64,000 bases of DNA from an uncultured Porphyromonadaceae bacterium (GTDB taxonomy: Bacteria > Bacteroidota > Bacteroidia > Bacteroidales > Muribaculaceae). Location: positions 5,566 to 69,565 of the forward strand of contig CAMWSM010000003.1 in NCBI GenBank assembly GCA_947176915.1, read 5' to 3'. A program made the translations under genes and the position numbers. Below, in pieces: positions 50,764 through 62,100 of the stretch. The notes below the pieces were generated by a model that did not search any database, was not told the origin of the DNA, and was given only the letters and a program-made list of their open reading frames with translations. How positions within the stretch are numbered: the first letter of the stretch is position 1; the number at the start of each line of letters is the position of its first letter.

Positions 50764-51504
50764 TTACTCCGTGATTCCGAGCACCTCCCTCAGCCTCGCC
50801 TCACCCTCGGCCACGCTTCCGAAATCAGAGACGCTGATGTTGGCCGAGGCATACCCGATGCCCACGTTGGCGTTTCCCACCGTGCTGCCGCCGTCGATGA
50901 TCTCGAAATTCGCGCTCTCCACGCGCTCCTGAGCGTTTCCCTCCGCATCGAATGTGCGGCTCACGCTCTCGCTTGTCTTTCTCAGTTCCATATACATGTA
51001 TTGTTAAGTGATTGTGATTACGCCAGCACCTCCTGCAGCAGCATTATCGACCGCACGTCCAGCAGGTGCCCGTTGTCCCTGACGAGCCTTCCGAAGGCCT
51101 CCTCGGAAAGTCGCTCGTAAGCGTCCAGCTCCTTCTCCTTCTCCAGCTCGGTGGCCACGCACTCGTTCACGCGGTCGTTGTACTCCATGGCGGCGCGGTT
51201 TATCTCGGCCTTCTCATCCTCCGTGGCCTCGGCGAACCTCTCCACCTTCGCGTCCCAGCCTTCCGGCTTCAGGCGTTCCTGCGCGTCCTTCTGGAAATCC
51301 TCGAACGCCACCGCCACGGGCTTCAGCGCGTTGGCGGCGCGGAGCACCGTGAATATGTCCTTCGTGTCGAGTCCGGAGAGCTTCATGCCGTCGCGCTCCT
51401 GCGTCTTCGGTGTGGTGAGCAGCCTGTAGGCCGCGATGGCGGTGTCTGCCTTCACTGTTGTCTTAACTGCGGCCTTGGCCGTCTTCTCTTTCTTCTCTCT
51501 CATG
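50764..51504 (-). CDS. Two small tail-associated hypothetical genes (50764-50997; 51018 to about 51504)
   Basis: ORF track; the second gene probably starts at MREKKEK. Confidence 0.55.
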
Positions 51505-51544
51505 TCTTTTGAAAATTTATGGTTTATGGTTTGTTGATTGATTG

Positions 51545-53011
51545 TCACTGCACGAGGAACGCACCCGAAAATCTGCCCGTGATCACCCATGTGGCTCCGT
51601 TGTCGGTCGAGACGCGGAACGTGAATCCGGACGACCGGCCGATCGGCATTATGCCCGCGCATTTGAAGTATACGTTCGCCGACGCGTTGGAGGCGATCGC
51701 TATCTGCCCCGAAGCGGTACAGGCCGCGTCCGTACACATCACGACATCATGCCACTTTCCTTCCACCGGAGAGAGGCACATCGCGGAATATGAAGGGTCG
51801 GACGTATCGAACGCGCCAGTCGCCTGAATCTGGATCTTAGGCGGAAATGCTCCGCTTCCGGAATAACCGCCGTTGAGCGTGACAGAGGAAGTGCCCTTGT
51901 TCTGCACCGTCACCTGCAGGCGGAAGCCGTCCTGTCCGTAGGCGGTGGTAGCCGATGTCGGGAGGTCCTTGTATGTGTCGGATGTCGGAGTGAGCTTAGC
52001 GTACTTGACAACCTGCAATGCAAGCTTGCTGTATGCCTGCAGCCTTATGTCGCAGATGAACGGTTTGTTGTTGGTCGTCCACGGTGGTATGGAGCCTTCG
52101 CCTTCCACGATCTTCGCATAATCGGCTGATTTCAGAACGGCGCATCCCATACCGGTGTTGTTTGTCCTCTTTTCCTCGGTGAGGGTTGGATTGGAAGAGA
52201 ACCGCACTACACCCGCGACAGCGTAGAGTTTCTTCTCGCCGTCACCGCTGAAACCGAAAAGCGTGTTTATGCGGCTTATGAGGATCGAGAACGTAGTGCC
52301 GAAGCTCATGGAGGCTATGTCGGTCATGGCCACGAGCACGGCCACGGGAGCAGTGGAGTCGGTGGGGAAAGACTGGTCGTTTTTGTAAAGCTCTACGATG
52401 AACCTGTACCCCTGGATGTTGTAAAGGTCCTTGAAGGATATGTCAGCGTCGGAGGGCATACCTATGTAGAAGCCTATCTCGGCGGTATCGAATGAATCCG
52501 CCTGCAGAAGCATACCCGGACTTCCCGTCCATGTGGAGGAACCGGCGATCGCTGTCGCTCCCTGCACGCCACAGGTCCATGCCTCAGGAGCGTTGTCATT
52601 GTAGCCGACATAATCCCCAAGCCGGCAGAAGTCGGTGCCGACGACGGGCTGCGCGTATTCGTAGGCCCTGACGTTCGCGCTCTCTGACTCGCTTTTCAAG
52701 TGAGCGGCCCTCATCGCCAGCGGTTTCAGCCATCTGTGAGCCGCCGACAGCTTCAATTGCAGGGCGGTGTTGAACGGCAGTGTCATTCCCCACACGATCG
52801 GATAGCCGACGGTCGCCCGGACATTTCCGGTGTTGCGGTCCCAGGTGTCGTAATCCGCGGGAGATTCGCCGCGAACCGGCTTATGCTTCGACCACTTGTT
52901 GTTCCTTTCGCTCGTGCAGAGCGTCGCCACGTCATGGCTCGCCACGCCCAGCACCGCGCTCACGTCGTCCGTATTCACCGGAGCCGTTATCACTCCGTTC
53001 GCATGTCCCAT
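51545..53011 (-). CDS. Adhesin / receptor-binding-like tail protein
   Basis: N-terminus GVITAPVNTDDVSAVLG...NKWSKHKPVR typical of Bacteroidales phage fibre-associated proteins; beta-rich body. Confidence 0.65.
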   Translation of the reverse strand: MGHANGVITAPVNTDDVSAVLGVASHDVATLCTSERNNKWSKHKPVRGESPADYDTWDRNTGNVRATVGYPIVWGMTLPFNTALQLKLSAAHRWLKPLAMRAAHLKSESESANVRAYEYAQPVVGTDFCRLGDYVGYNDNAPEAWTCGVQGATAIAGSSTWTGSPGMLLQADSFDTAEIGFYIGMPSDADISFKDLYNIQGYRFIVELYKNDQSFPTDSTAPVAVLVAMTDIASMSFGTTFSILISRINTLFGFSGDGEKKLYAVAGVVRFSSNPTLTEEKRTNNTGMGCAVLKSADYAKIVEGEGSIPPWTTNNKPFICDIRLQAYSKLALQVVKYAKLTPTSDTYKDLPTSATTAYGQDGFRLQVTVQNKGTSSVTLNGGYSGSGAFPPKIQIQATGAFDTSDPSYSAMCLSPVEGKWHDVVMCTDAACTASGQIAIASNASANVYFKCAGIMPIGRSSGFTFRVSTDNGATWVITGRFSGAFLVQ

Positions 53012-53058
53012 AACTAATGTCTCCTTTCTTTATTATTCTTTATCTATATCCGGTCTCT

Positions 53059-53160
53059 ATGGGCAGCCGGTTTCCCAACCGCCCGCAGTCTGCGCCATGG
53101 GCAGCCGGTTTCCCAACCGCCCCCAGTCTGCGCTATGGGTGGGCGGTTTCCTAACCGCCC
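53059..53160. repeat. Tandem 38-bp REP-like repeat, about 2.7 copies
   Basis: Units start at 53059, 53097 and 53135; the third contains the palindrome GGGCGGTT-TCCT-AACCGCCC. Confidence 0.9.
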
Positions 53161-56100
53161 TGTACCCTCCCCGATTCCAGAACCTCAATCTTACGTTTAA
53201 GTTCCTCATTCTCCCTCTCCAGCCGGGCGATGCGCTCCTCATGACTCATCACCCTCCTCGCTATGGTAATGGAAGCCAGCAGCGCCGTCTTCCCGTACTG
53301 CAGCGTCAGGTACCCGTCCGGCCCCTCCGGAGTCAGCAGCGGGCAGACTCCCCGCCAGTACTGCGCGACCGACCCCACGTCGCGGCTCCCGTCAAGCCAC
53401 TCGAACCCCACCGACGGAGCCTCCGCGATCTTGCCCAGCTCGATCTCAAACGGAGTCAGGCCCCGCTTCAGCCGCGCGTCCGAGCTCGTGTTCTGCCCCC
53501 GCGCCGACACGTACCCGTCCGAATACATCCCCGTCACCACCCTCAGCGTACCGGTCACCTTCAGCCGTCCGCTCGCCTCCGCGATGATCCGGCTCGTGTA
53601 CGTTGCGGAGTTACCGAAGTAGAAGTCTATGTATGGCGTGGCGTGGTGCAGATCAAAGTATCCTCCCCCTATCTTGGTCGCCGACGCCAGCGCCGACTTG
53701 TCCACCTTGTCGGCCGTGCACACATAAGCCCATTGGCAGTACGCCTCGTTCCACCTCTTCTCGGCGCTCCCGAGGTTCTTGGTCCTCCCGTTGACGGGCA
53801 GCAGGTGTCCGAGCACGCTGACGTTCCCCGTATTGTAGCTGAGCGTCATGCAGCTGAAGTAGTCACCCGCCTTGTCCGTGTAGTTGCTCTGGATCTTCAG
53901 GTCGCCCGAAGTGTTCAGTATCCTCCACGACGCGTTCGTCCCCCGCCACAGCTCCAGGTATGTGTCGCCCCCCTGTCCCGACGTGGAGGAGGAGAGGCGC
54001 ATGCTGCAGGCCGTCACCTTCTTCCAGCGCGCCGCGTCCGTGCCCAGCTCGATGGCCCCGTCAGCCGCCGCGAACGGCTTGAACGCCGTCGAGTTGAGCA
54101 CCACCGACCTCTCGTCCGTGTTGTTGAACTTCAGCTGCACCTCGCTCACTCCGACGAGCTTCAGGATGGTCTGGCTGTACACCTGCGGCGTCTTCACCGC
54201 TGACGACACGTTGGCGTTGACCGAATACATGTTGCTCCAGCGCCGTGACGACGTTCCCATCGTCACGAGATTGGTAGTGCCGGGCAATATCTCGTTTGCC
54301 TTTATCTGCAGATCGGAATTGGCATCACCCACAGCCTTGCCGTCTGCCACGAAACAGAAGAATCCGCTTGCAGGAGCGGTGAGGTAGTTGTAGCCCGCCC
54401 GTGAGAAGGCGACGTGAGCCTTACCCTCGGTGTTGCTGATTGTCAGCGTCGGTACGGTCAGCGCCCCCGTCATCGTGTCTCCCTCTTTCTTGACGTAAGT
54501 GGAGGCGGCCGCCGAAACCGAGAGGTACGCCGTCGCGTCCACGCTGCCGTCCGCCTTCAGGAACTGCGCCGACGTCCCTCCCGACCTTATGAACTTGGCT
54601 GCCGTCAAGGCCCCTGTCGAAGACAGGATTATCTGAGAGGTGGCCGTGTTTGATTTGGCGTCATGGTCAACATCGGTTATATATGAAAACCTCAGGCTGT
54701 TGCTCGTATAGGTGCCGCACTCCCAGGAGCCCGCACGGGTCTTCGCCGACCACAGGGGAGCGTAGATGTCCTGGTCGTCAGGCACGCCGGTATTGCGCAG
54801 AAGCGCGTGGTCGCGCCCGTCATACCATGAGGAGCTGACAGCCGCGCCACGGTACCTGCTCATCGTCGCCACCCCCGATCCGCTGACCGAGCCGACGTTT
54901 GAGTAGGTCCCGTCCGATGCCTTGTGGCGGAACACCCATCCGCGTGTCGCCGCGCCGTTCATCGTGAGGTATGTCGCCCAGTCGCCCGTCACCGAGCCGT
55001 GCGTGCCGTGCGTGTCCGTCTTGCCGAAGAAGAGGCCGTAGGTCTGGCTGTTCTCCGTGCCGTTGTAGAGCGATATCCCGATGCCCCTCCCGTCTGTCTG
55101 GGCTACCCCGATCGAGTAGCTGAACGACTTCTTGCCCGATATGGTCTGTGCCGTGTCGGTCGTCACGTAGCTCCCCTTCGCCTGGTACTCCGCATCCCCC
55201 TTCCCCTTGATGTAGTTCCAGAGTTTTGTCGCGGGCCTGCGGTAGAAGAGGCTGTTGGTGTCCGACGGGGCGTTGTGGCTGGTGACGAACATCGTCGTGT
55301 CCGCCACGTCTCCCGACGCCTCCGTCAGCTTGCGAATCAGCGCCGATGCCCCCGCCTGCGTCCCGTTGCTGCCGTCCGTCTTCAGGAACGTCGCCCCCTT
55401 CGTCGCCGTTATCGCCGTGCCGCTCTTGCTGATCGCCGTAACGGCGTTTCCCGTCCCCGTGGTCGCGACGGAGAGTGCCGACCCTCCCTCAAGCGAGGCC
55501 ACGCGGTCATGGATCTTGTTTATCGCGAAGGCGTTGAAGGTGTCCGTCAGCGTCGTGTCAGAGAACGTCTTGCCTAAGTCCTTGCTGCCGTAGACCGTCT
55601 GTATCAGTCCGCCTTCCGAACCCCCGTCCGCGTTCGCTCCCCGTGCGCTGACGAAGTCATCGGAATATATCCCCTTGTCGAAGTGCAGTCCCTTTCCGGC
55701 CACCCACGTCACCGTGCAGTCCCCGATCTTCAGCTCGTTCACCGTAAGTCCGTTGCCGATCTGCACGCGCCCGGTCGCATTGTCGATGCGGAGGGGCCGC
55801 AGGGCGTTGTAGGAGCCGTACGCGTCGTCCTTGGCCGTGAGAAGGAAATATGTCCCCGAGTTGTCGTTGCGTATGATGAAGCCGTAGCTCTTGTTCACCG
55901 CCCGGAACGCGTCCGCGGTGTTGCCTATGACCCCCGAGTTCGCCCTTACCGCCCCGTTGACGTCGAGCCGGTAGGCAGGGGCCGTCGTGCCCAGGCCGAG
56001 GTATCCGTTCGGCTGCAGCAGACGCGCCACCTCCGTCGTCCCGATCCGGAAGATGACGCTCGTCGTCGCCGTCCCGCTCGAGAGGTAGGCCGTCGTGTCG

Positions 56101-59100
56101 CTCGTGTAGTTGCGCGAGTAGACGTTGCTCCACACCGCCGACGCCGAGCCCAGCGTCAGGTTGTTGGTCGCCGCGTCAAACGGCTTGAACGCCGTCCCGT
56201 TCAGTATCACCGACTTCGAGTCCGTGTTGCCGAACTTCAGGTCAAGCCCCGTCGCAGCCCCGTTCAGCGTCAGCCGTCCGTTGGTGGAGCTCACCGTCAT
56301 CGCCCCGCTCCCCGTGATGTTCCCCACCGAACTGAGGCTGCCGCTCACCGTCTTCGGCACACCGTTCTCGAAGAAGGTCTGACCCCATGCCTTGAATGCG
56401 GTGTTGTCCGCGAGTTTTGAAGCCGATGTGGCTTTTCCATAGAGGACGAAGCCCGTGTTGAGCTGACCGAGGTTTCCAAGGGTCGTGGTGGGCTCGACCT
56501 TATAGGAGGTGCTTCCGGATGTTCCAAGCGTGTGTTCCGTGAGCGATACGGTTACTGTGAAAGCGTTTGTGCAGGAAACGTAATATTGACACCCTCCTCC
56601 CCTGAGCCAGACGATGAGGCCGCCATGCACATTGGCGTTGTTCTCTGTCTTTGCACAAAGATTGGCGTATGGCATTGAACGGTACAGCGTCTGATAGTGG
56701 CCTCCGTTTCCATCCCATGAGGATCTGCGTCCTCTGTATAGGAGCCACATCGAGGACGTGCCGTTTGTGTGATTGCCCGAATACGAGGATGGTGTCTTCG
56801 AGCCTAAGTTTTTCCACACCGATACCGTGGTCGGGAGCTTCTTGTCATCCGAGACCGTTATTATTACCGGGTAATATGTGTTGGCGTCTCCGGCTACTTC
56901 GATTGACTGCGAAAGGTCCGTCGTGCCGCCCATCCAGGCAGATGTGCCGTTGAAAAGATTGTTTCTGTGGTAACCGTCCAGCATGTCCGCGTTCAGGTTC
57001 GTGTTCACCGTCCCGTTGCTGACCGGCGCGTTCCCGCTTCCGTTGCCGAACGTATAGGTTCCCGCGGTGACCGTGCCTCCGCTGAGATACACCGGCCGCG
57101 TGGCGCTCCCCACAGTCGCAGTGCCTATCTTTTTGATATGGTCCGTATAGTTGCCGGTGGTGATGAAACGCTCCCAGTCCTTGGCCGTGCCGCTTATCAC
57201 GGAGCGGTGCCACACGTCGTTGTAGTTCGGCGAGGTGAATATCTCATGGAAATATGTCGTCCCCCATGAGAAGCGGAGCACCTGCACGTTGGCGACGTTG
57301 CCCGACGACACGCTTGTCCCCCCGTCCGGGAAGCTCCACAGCGTGTGGGTCGCCGACGATCCCTTGAAGGCGTTGCCGCTGTCCGTGCCGATTGTCGGCT
57401 GTCCGCTGAAATACGCCAGGACTTGTCCCGTTGCCGGAATGGGTGACGTGGAGGCCACATACGATGACTTGGTCGCGAAGGGGACCGTGAGTGTGCGCGT
57501 CTGTCCCGCCACCGTCATGGAGATGGCGTTGTTCGACGTCGTCAGCGACGAGAAGAGCGACGAGGCCGTGCACGCCGTAGGCGTTCCCGCGTTGATGTAC
57601 ACCGGAAGCGACGCCGACCCCTTTGTCGCCGTCCCCACCTTCGTCACCGTTCCGTTCGTCAGCCTCGTGTCGGTCTCGCCCTTCGTGTAGTAGGAGCCGA
57701 GCGCCGTCTTGTCCGCCTTCTCGGTCCAGATCTTGTTTATCGTGAATGCGTTGAAGGTGTCCGTCAGCGTCGTGTCCGAGAACGTCTTGCCTAAGTCCTT
57801 GCTGCCGTAGACCGTCTGTATCAGTCCGCCTTCCGAACCCCCGTCCGCGTTCGCCCCCCGCGCGCTGACGTGCCCGTCCGAATAGATCCCCCTGTCGAAG
57901 TGCAGCCCCTTGCCGGCCACCCACGTCACCGTGCAGTCCCCGATCTTCATCGAGGACGCCACCGTAAGCAGCCCCGAGAAGTTCCCCAGCACGGAGTAAA
58001 CGTTGCTCCACCTTGCCGACGATGTGCCCAGGCTCAGTTTGTTGTTGGCCGCATCCCACGGCTTGAAAGCCGTATCCTTGAGGAAGAGGGCCTTCGTGTC
58101 GTCGTTGTTGTATTTCAGGTAGATCCCCGAGGTCCCGTTGAGCGTGAGGATGGCCGTGTTCGTGACAAGCGGGGTTATCACCTGCGTTGTGGCGCGGACG
58201 GAGCCGACGACGTGAAGCTTATAGCCTGGATCAGTCGTACCTATGCCGACGTTCTTGTTCGGAAGAACGGCGATCGCAGGGTCGGTGTAGCTTCCGCCGT
58301 AGAAGAACCATTTGAGCGCATCGTTCACTGCGTATGACGCGGCGACCGTACCGAGCGAGGTTGTCCCGTCCGACGCATACGCCGTCATGCCGAATGCCGA
58401 CGAATTATCGTGGATGAGTTTGACCCCATTGCCCGTGTATTGGGTTTTCCTTGAACCTGACCCTGTTGCCTCGGCGTATGAACTGCCGAGCGAGAGGACC
58501 CCCGTGACGTTCGCGGTTCCGTTGAAGCTCTGTCCCCAGATGGTGCGTGCCGTCTGAAGCTTGGTGGCCGAGGCGACGTTGTCTGTGGTGAAGGCTATCT
58601 TATTCCACGCTCCCCATGTTGAACTATTATAATACCGCGTATATGGTCGGTCATACTGAATTGCAAGCTGAGCCATATATCCGTCTGCGACACGGAGATT
58701 GAAAACTCCGAACGGATTGGCTGTCGTAGGTCGGTTTGCGTTGGTGGAGCCGCCCCCCGCATAATAATATGTAATTTTGTCCGATTTCGCCCCAAGAGTA
58801 TTGAGGTCGGTGGTCCCATCATTGATGGCGACAAGATATTTTGCCGTCAAATCCCCGTTATGCACCCCATCCAGCAAATCCGCGTCCAGACCCGAACCCG
58901 TGCCGTCCACCGTCAGCAGCTTGGCCAGCACGTTCGAGGCTGTATACGACGACGATGCCAGGTATGCCGTGGAGTCCACCGAGCCGTCAGCCTTGAGGAA
59001 CTGCGCCGACGTCCCACCGCGCATCACGAACGACCCCGCCTTCAGCGCCCCCGTGACGGGATTGAACGTCAGTCCCTTGCCCCCGTCGTCGCTGTAATAG

Positions 59101-62100
59101 CGTATCACCGACATGTCGTCGTACTGCGAGAACGGGATCACCCTGTCTCCCGATGTCCACGATGTGGCCGTGTTGAGCTTGAACCCGTTGCTGAACGTCT
59201 TCACCCCGCTTATCGTCTGAGCCGTGTTCAGCGTCACGTAGTTGGCGAGCGACTGATGGCTCGTCAGGAAGGTCGTGCCCTTCGTGAACGTAAGCGTCTT
59301 CCTGTCGGCGCTCTGAGTTACGGCCGTCACGGCGTTGCCCGAGCCGCTGACCACCACCGCGAGGTCATTGAGGTAGTTCTTCCCCTCCAAAGACACAATG
59401 CGGTCAAGCAGTCCCTTGCCGAGCGTAGCCGACAGCGCGTCGGTGCCCTTGGCGTTGTAGTTGCTCCAATCATCAAGACGCCCGAAGGACGTGCCGCTAC
59501 CGCCTGCCGAGTTCGCTCCCCTCGCCGAGATGTATGTCTCGGAATACAGGCCGCCGCCGCTGATCTTCAATCCTTTCTGGGCGGAGTCATAGGTGATGGT
59601 CACGTCGCCTATCTTTATTCCGGCGGACGCGGTTATCAGTCCGGAGAAATTGCCCAATACCGAATAGATGTTCGCCCAACGGTATGATGACGCACCGAAC
59701 GAGAACACGTTGTTGTATGAGCTTCCCGGCCTGACGACTGCTGAGGCATTGTCTATCACCAACTGCGTCCTGCCTCCGACGTTGAAGTAGACGTTTGTTG
59801 CACTGTCCGCCGTAAGATAGGCGGACGACGATGCCGAACCTGCAATGTTCAGGCGTGGAAGAGTCAGCGCCCCCGTCATCGTGTCGCCCGTGACGTTGAC
59901 GTAACGGTCGTCGGCCTCCGTCTTCGTATACGCGTTCGTGATTCCGAACCCGCCCAGCGTCGTGGGGTTGCTTCCAGCCGTCACGCGCCCGTACTTATCC
60001 ACCGTCGTCTTGAAATACGTCCCGGCGGTCACTCCGCTTGCGGCCAGCGACAGGGTGCGGTCAGCCGCGAGCGTGCCGCCGCCCGTGAGTCCGGTTCCCG
60101 CGATGACCTGCACGCTCTTGTCGGCTTTGTTGCCGAGAAGGTTCGCCAGCGTGTCGGCTTCGGTGTAGGTGTCGAGGAACGCCACTATCTCGTCCCACTT
60201 GTCGATGACCCCGCTCGCATCGGAGCCGAGGATTGTGTCAAGGTTTGAAGATGCGGTGTTCCACTTCGTACGCTCAGCCGCCGTGATGTGGACGGTGCCG
60301 TTCCCGGTATGCGCCGAGAGGGTGGCCGCCGAAGCCACGTCCGTCAGGTTGATCGTGGCGTCGGCGTTCGGCTTGAACGTCCCCGCCTGAGTCCCGTTCT
60401 TCTGAATCGTCAGCGTGTGGAGCGTCTGATGCGCCGTGAGGAACGTGCTTCCCTTGGTGAAGGTCAGCGTCTTCTTATCCGCTGACTGGGATACGGACGT
60501 GACGGCGTTGCCGCTTCCCGTGGTGGATATGGCGAGGGCGTCAAGATAGTTCTTACCCTCCAATGCCGTCACTCTGCCCTTCAGGCCGTCGATGTCAGTC
60601 TTCAATCCCCACCCGAGGTTCGCGCCCAGGGCGTCGGTCGTCGTGTTGGCAGGTGCCGTAGCGGGCCACGAGCGCATGAGGCCGAACGCCGAACCCGCAG
60701 CCGCGTCGGAATTGAGGCCCTTCGCCGACACGAAATCCACCGAATAGAAACCATGCTTCGCCTTTATCCTCTTCACGCCGTTCACCTCCTCCAACTCCAG
60801 GTATTCATTGAAAAGCGTCATGAAGTCATTGAATACCGAGGCGTTCAGCTTCGAGTCCAACGCCGCCTGCAGTCCCGTTATCTTGCTGATCGCGAGCGTC
60901 GGGATGTCCGCCGCCGCAAGCGTCTTGGATGAAACAGACGTGACGTGCCCCTGCGCGTTGACCGTGATCGCAGACAGCACCCTGCCGTTGGCCGCGCTTA
61001 TGGTGGTGTTCGCACCGTTGGTCGGATGCACGTACTTGTTGGCGCCATCCTCGATGCCGTTCAGCTTCGTCAGGAGAGCGTCCGTGAAGTCATTTGAGGA
61101 AAGATCCTTGCCGTCAATAGCCGCTACGGCGTCCGTGATGCCGTAGCCCGCGAGCGTGGTGGGATGCGAGCTCAGCTCCGAGAATGCGTAGCTTGGCTTG
61201 CTTGCGCCTATCCACGACGGTCTGCCGCTCGCCGTGTCAGCCCATCCGATTGTGATGTTGGCGGTCACTGCCGACGAGCCGTCATAGGTCTTGACCGTAG
61301 TGCCGTTCTTCTGAATGGTGAGCGCATAAGGATTCACTGAGGTCGTGGGCAGGTTGTCAATGCGCGTGTTCACGTCAGCTATCGCCTGTTTAAGACCCCA
61401 ACCCAAGTATGCGCTCAAAGCATCCGTGCCGTTTTTGTCGGGAGCGGATGAAGGCCAGTCCTTCATCAATCCGAAATTACCCCCGCCACCGCCTGCCGAG
61501 TTAAGCCCGCGAGCGGAGATAAACGAATCGGAATACAAACCGAAAAGAGCCTTTATCTTGCGAGTCGCGTCGGTAGTGCCCTGCAGTTCAAAGTATAGGT
61601 TGAACTCGCTGATGAATGCGTCTACCGTAGACTTCCATGTGTCATACCCTGCCTTGAAAGTGTCATAGACCGACTTGTCAAGCTTCGCGTTCCATGCCGT
61701 GCGCTCCGCCGCCGTGATGTGCACCGTCGTGTCCCCCGTATGCCCCGAGAGCGCCGACTGCGCCCTCGCCTCCGTGAAGTAGAGCCGCGTCCCCTCCGTG
61801 ATGTGCGAGGTGGTCGTCGGTATGTAGACCGTCGCCGCCCCCGAGTTGGGGGTGTACGTCTTGGCCGAGAACGTCCCCGAAGCGAACGTCAGCCTGTAGA
61901 TGTCCTGATGCTCCGTAAGGTAGTCGCCGACCGGCTGGTATAGCGTGGCCGCGTCCGTCTTGCTCAGGTATGTGTCAGCCGCGACCGCCGACTTCAGGTA
62001 GGCCGCCAGCGACTGGTGGCTCGTGAGGTAATTTCCCTTCGGCTGGTAGGTGGCCGCCGCGTCCGTCTTCGTAAGGTAAGTGCTTGCCGCCTCCGTCTTG

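Noticed and set aside
51545-53011. Possible DGR target/template system
   Set aside because: No reverse transcriptase and no adenine-variant template copy of any fibre segment were seen in the window; a DGR outside the window cannot be excluded.
53059-53160. Possible CRISPR array
   Set aside because: Units are directly tandem with no unique spacers, and no cas genes are present.
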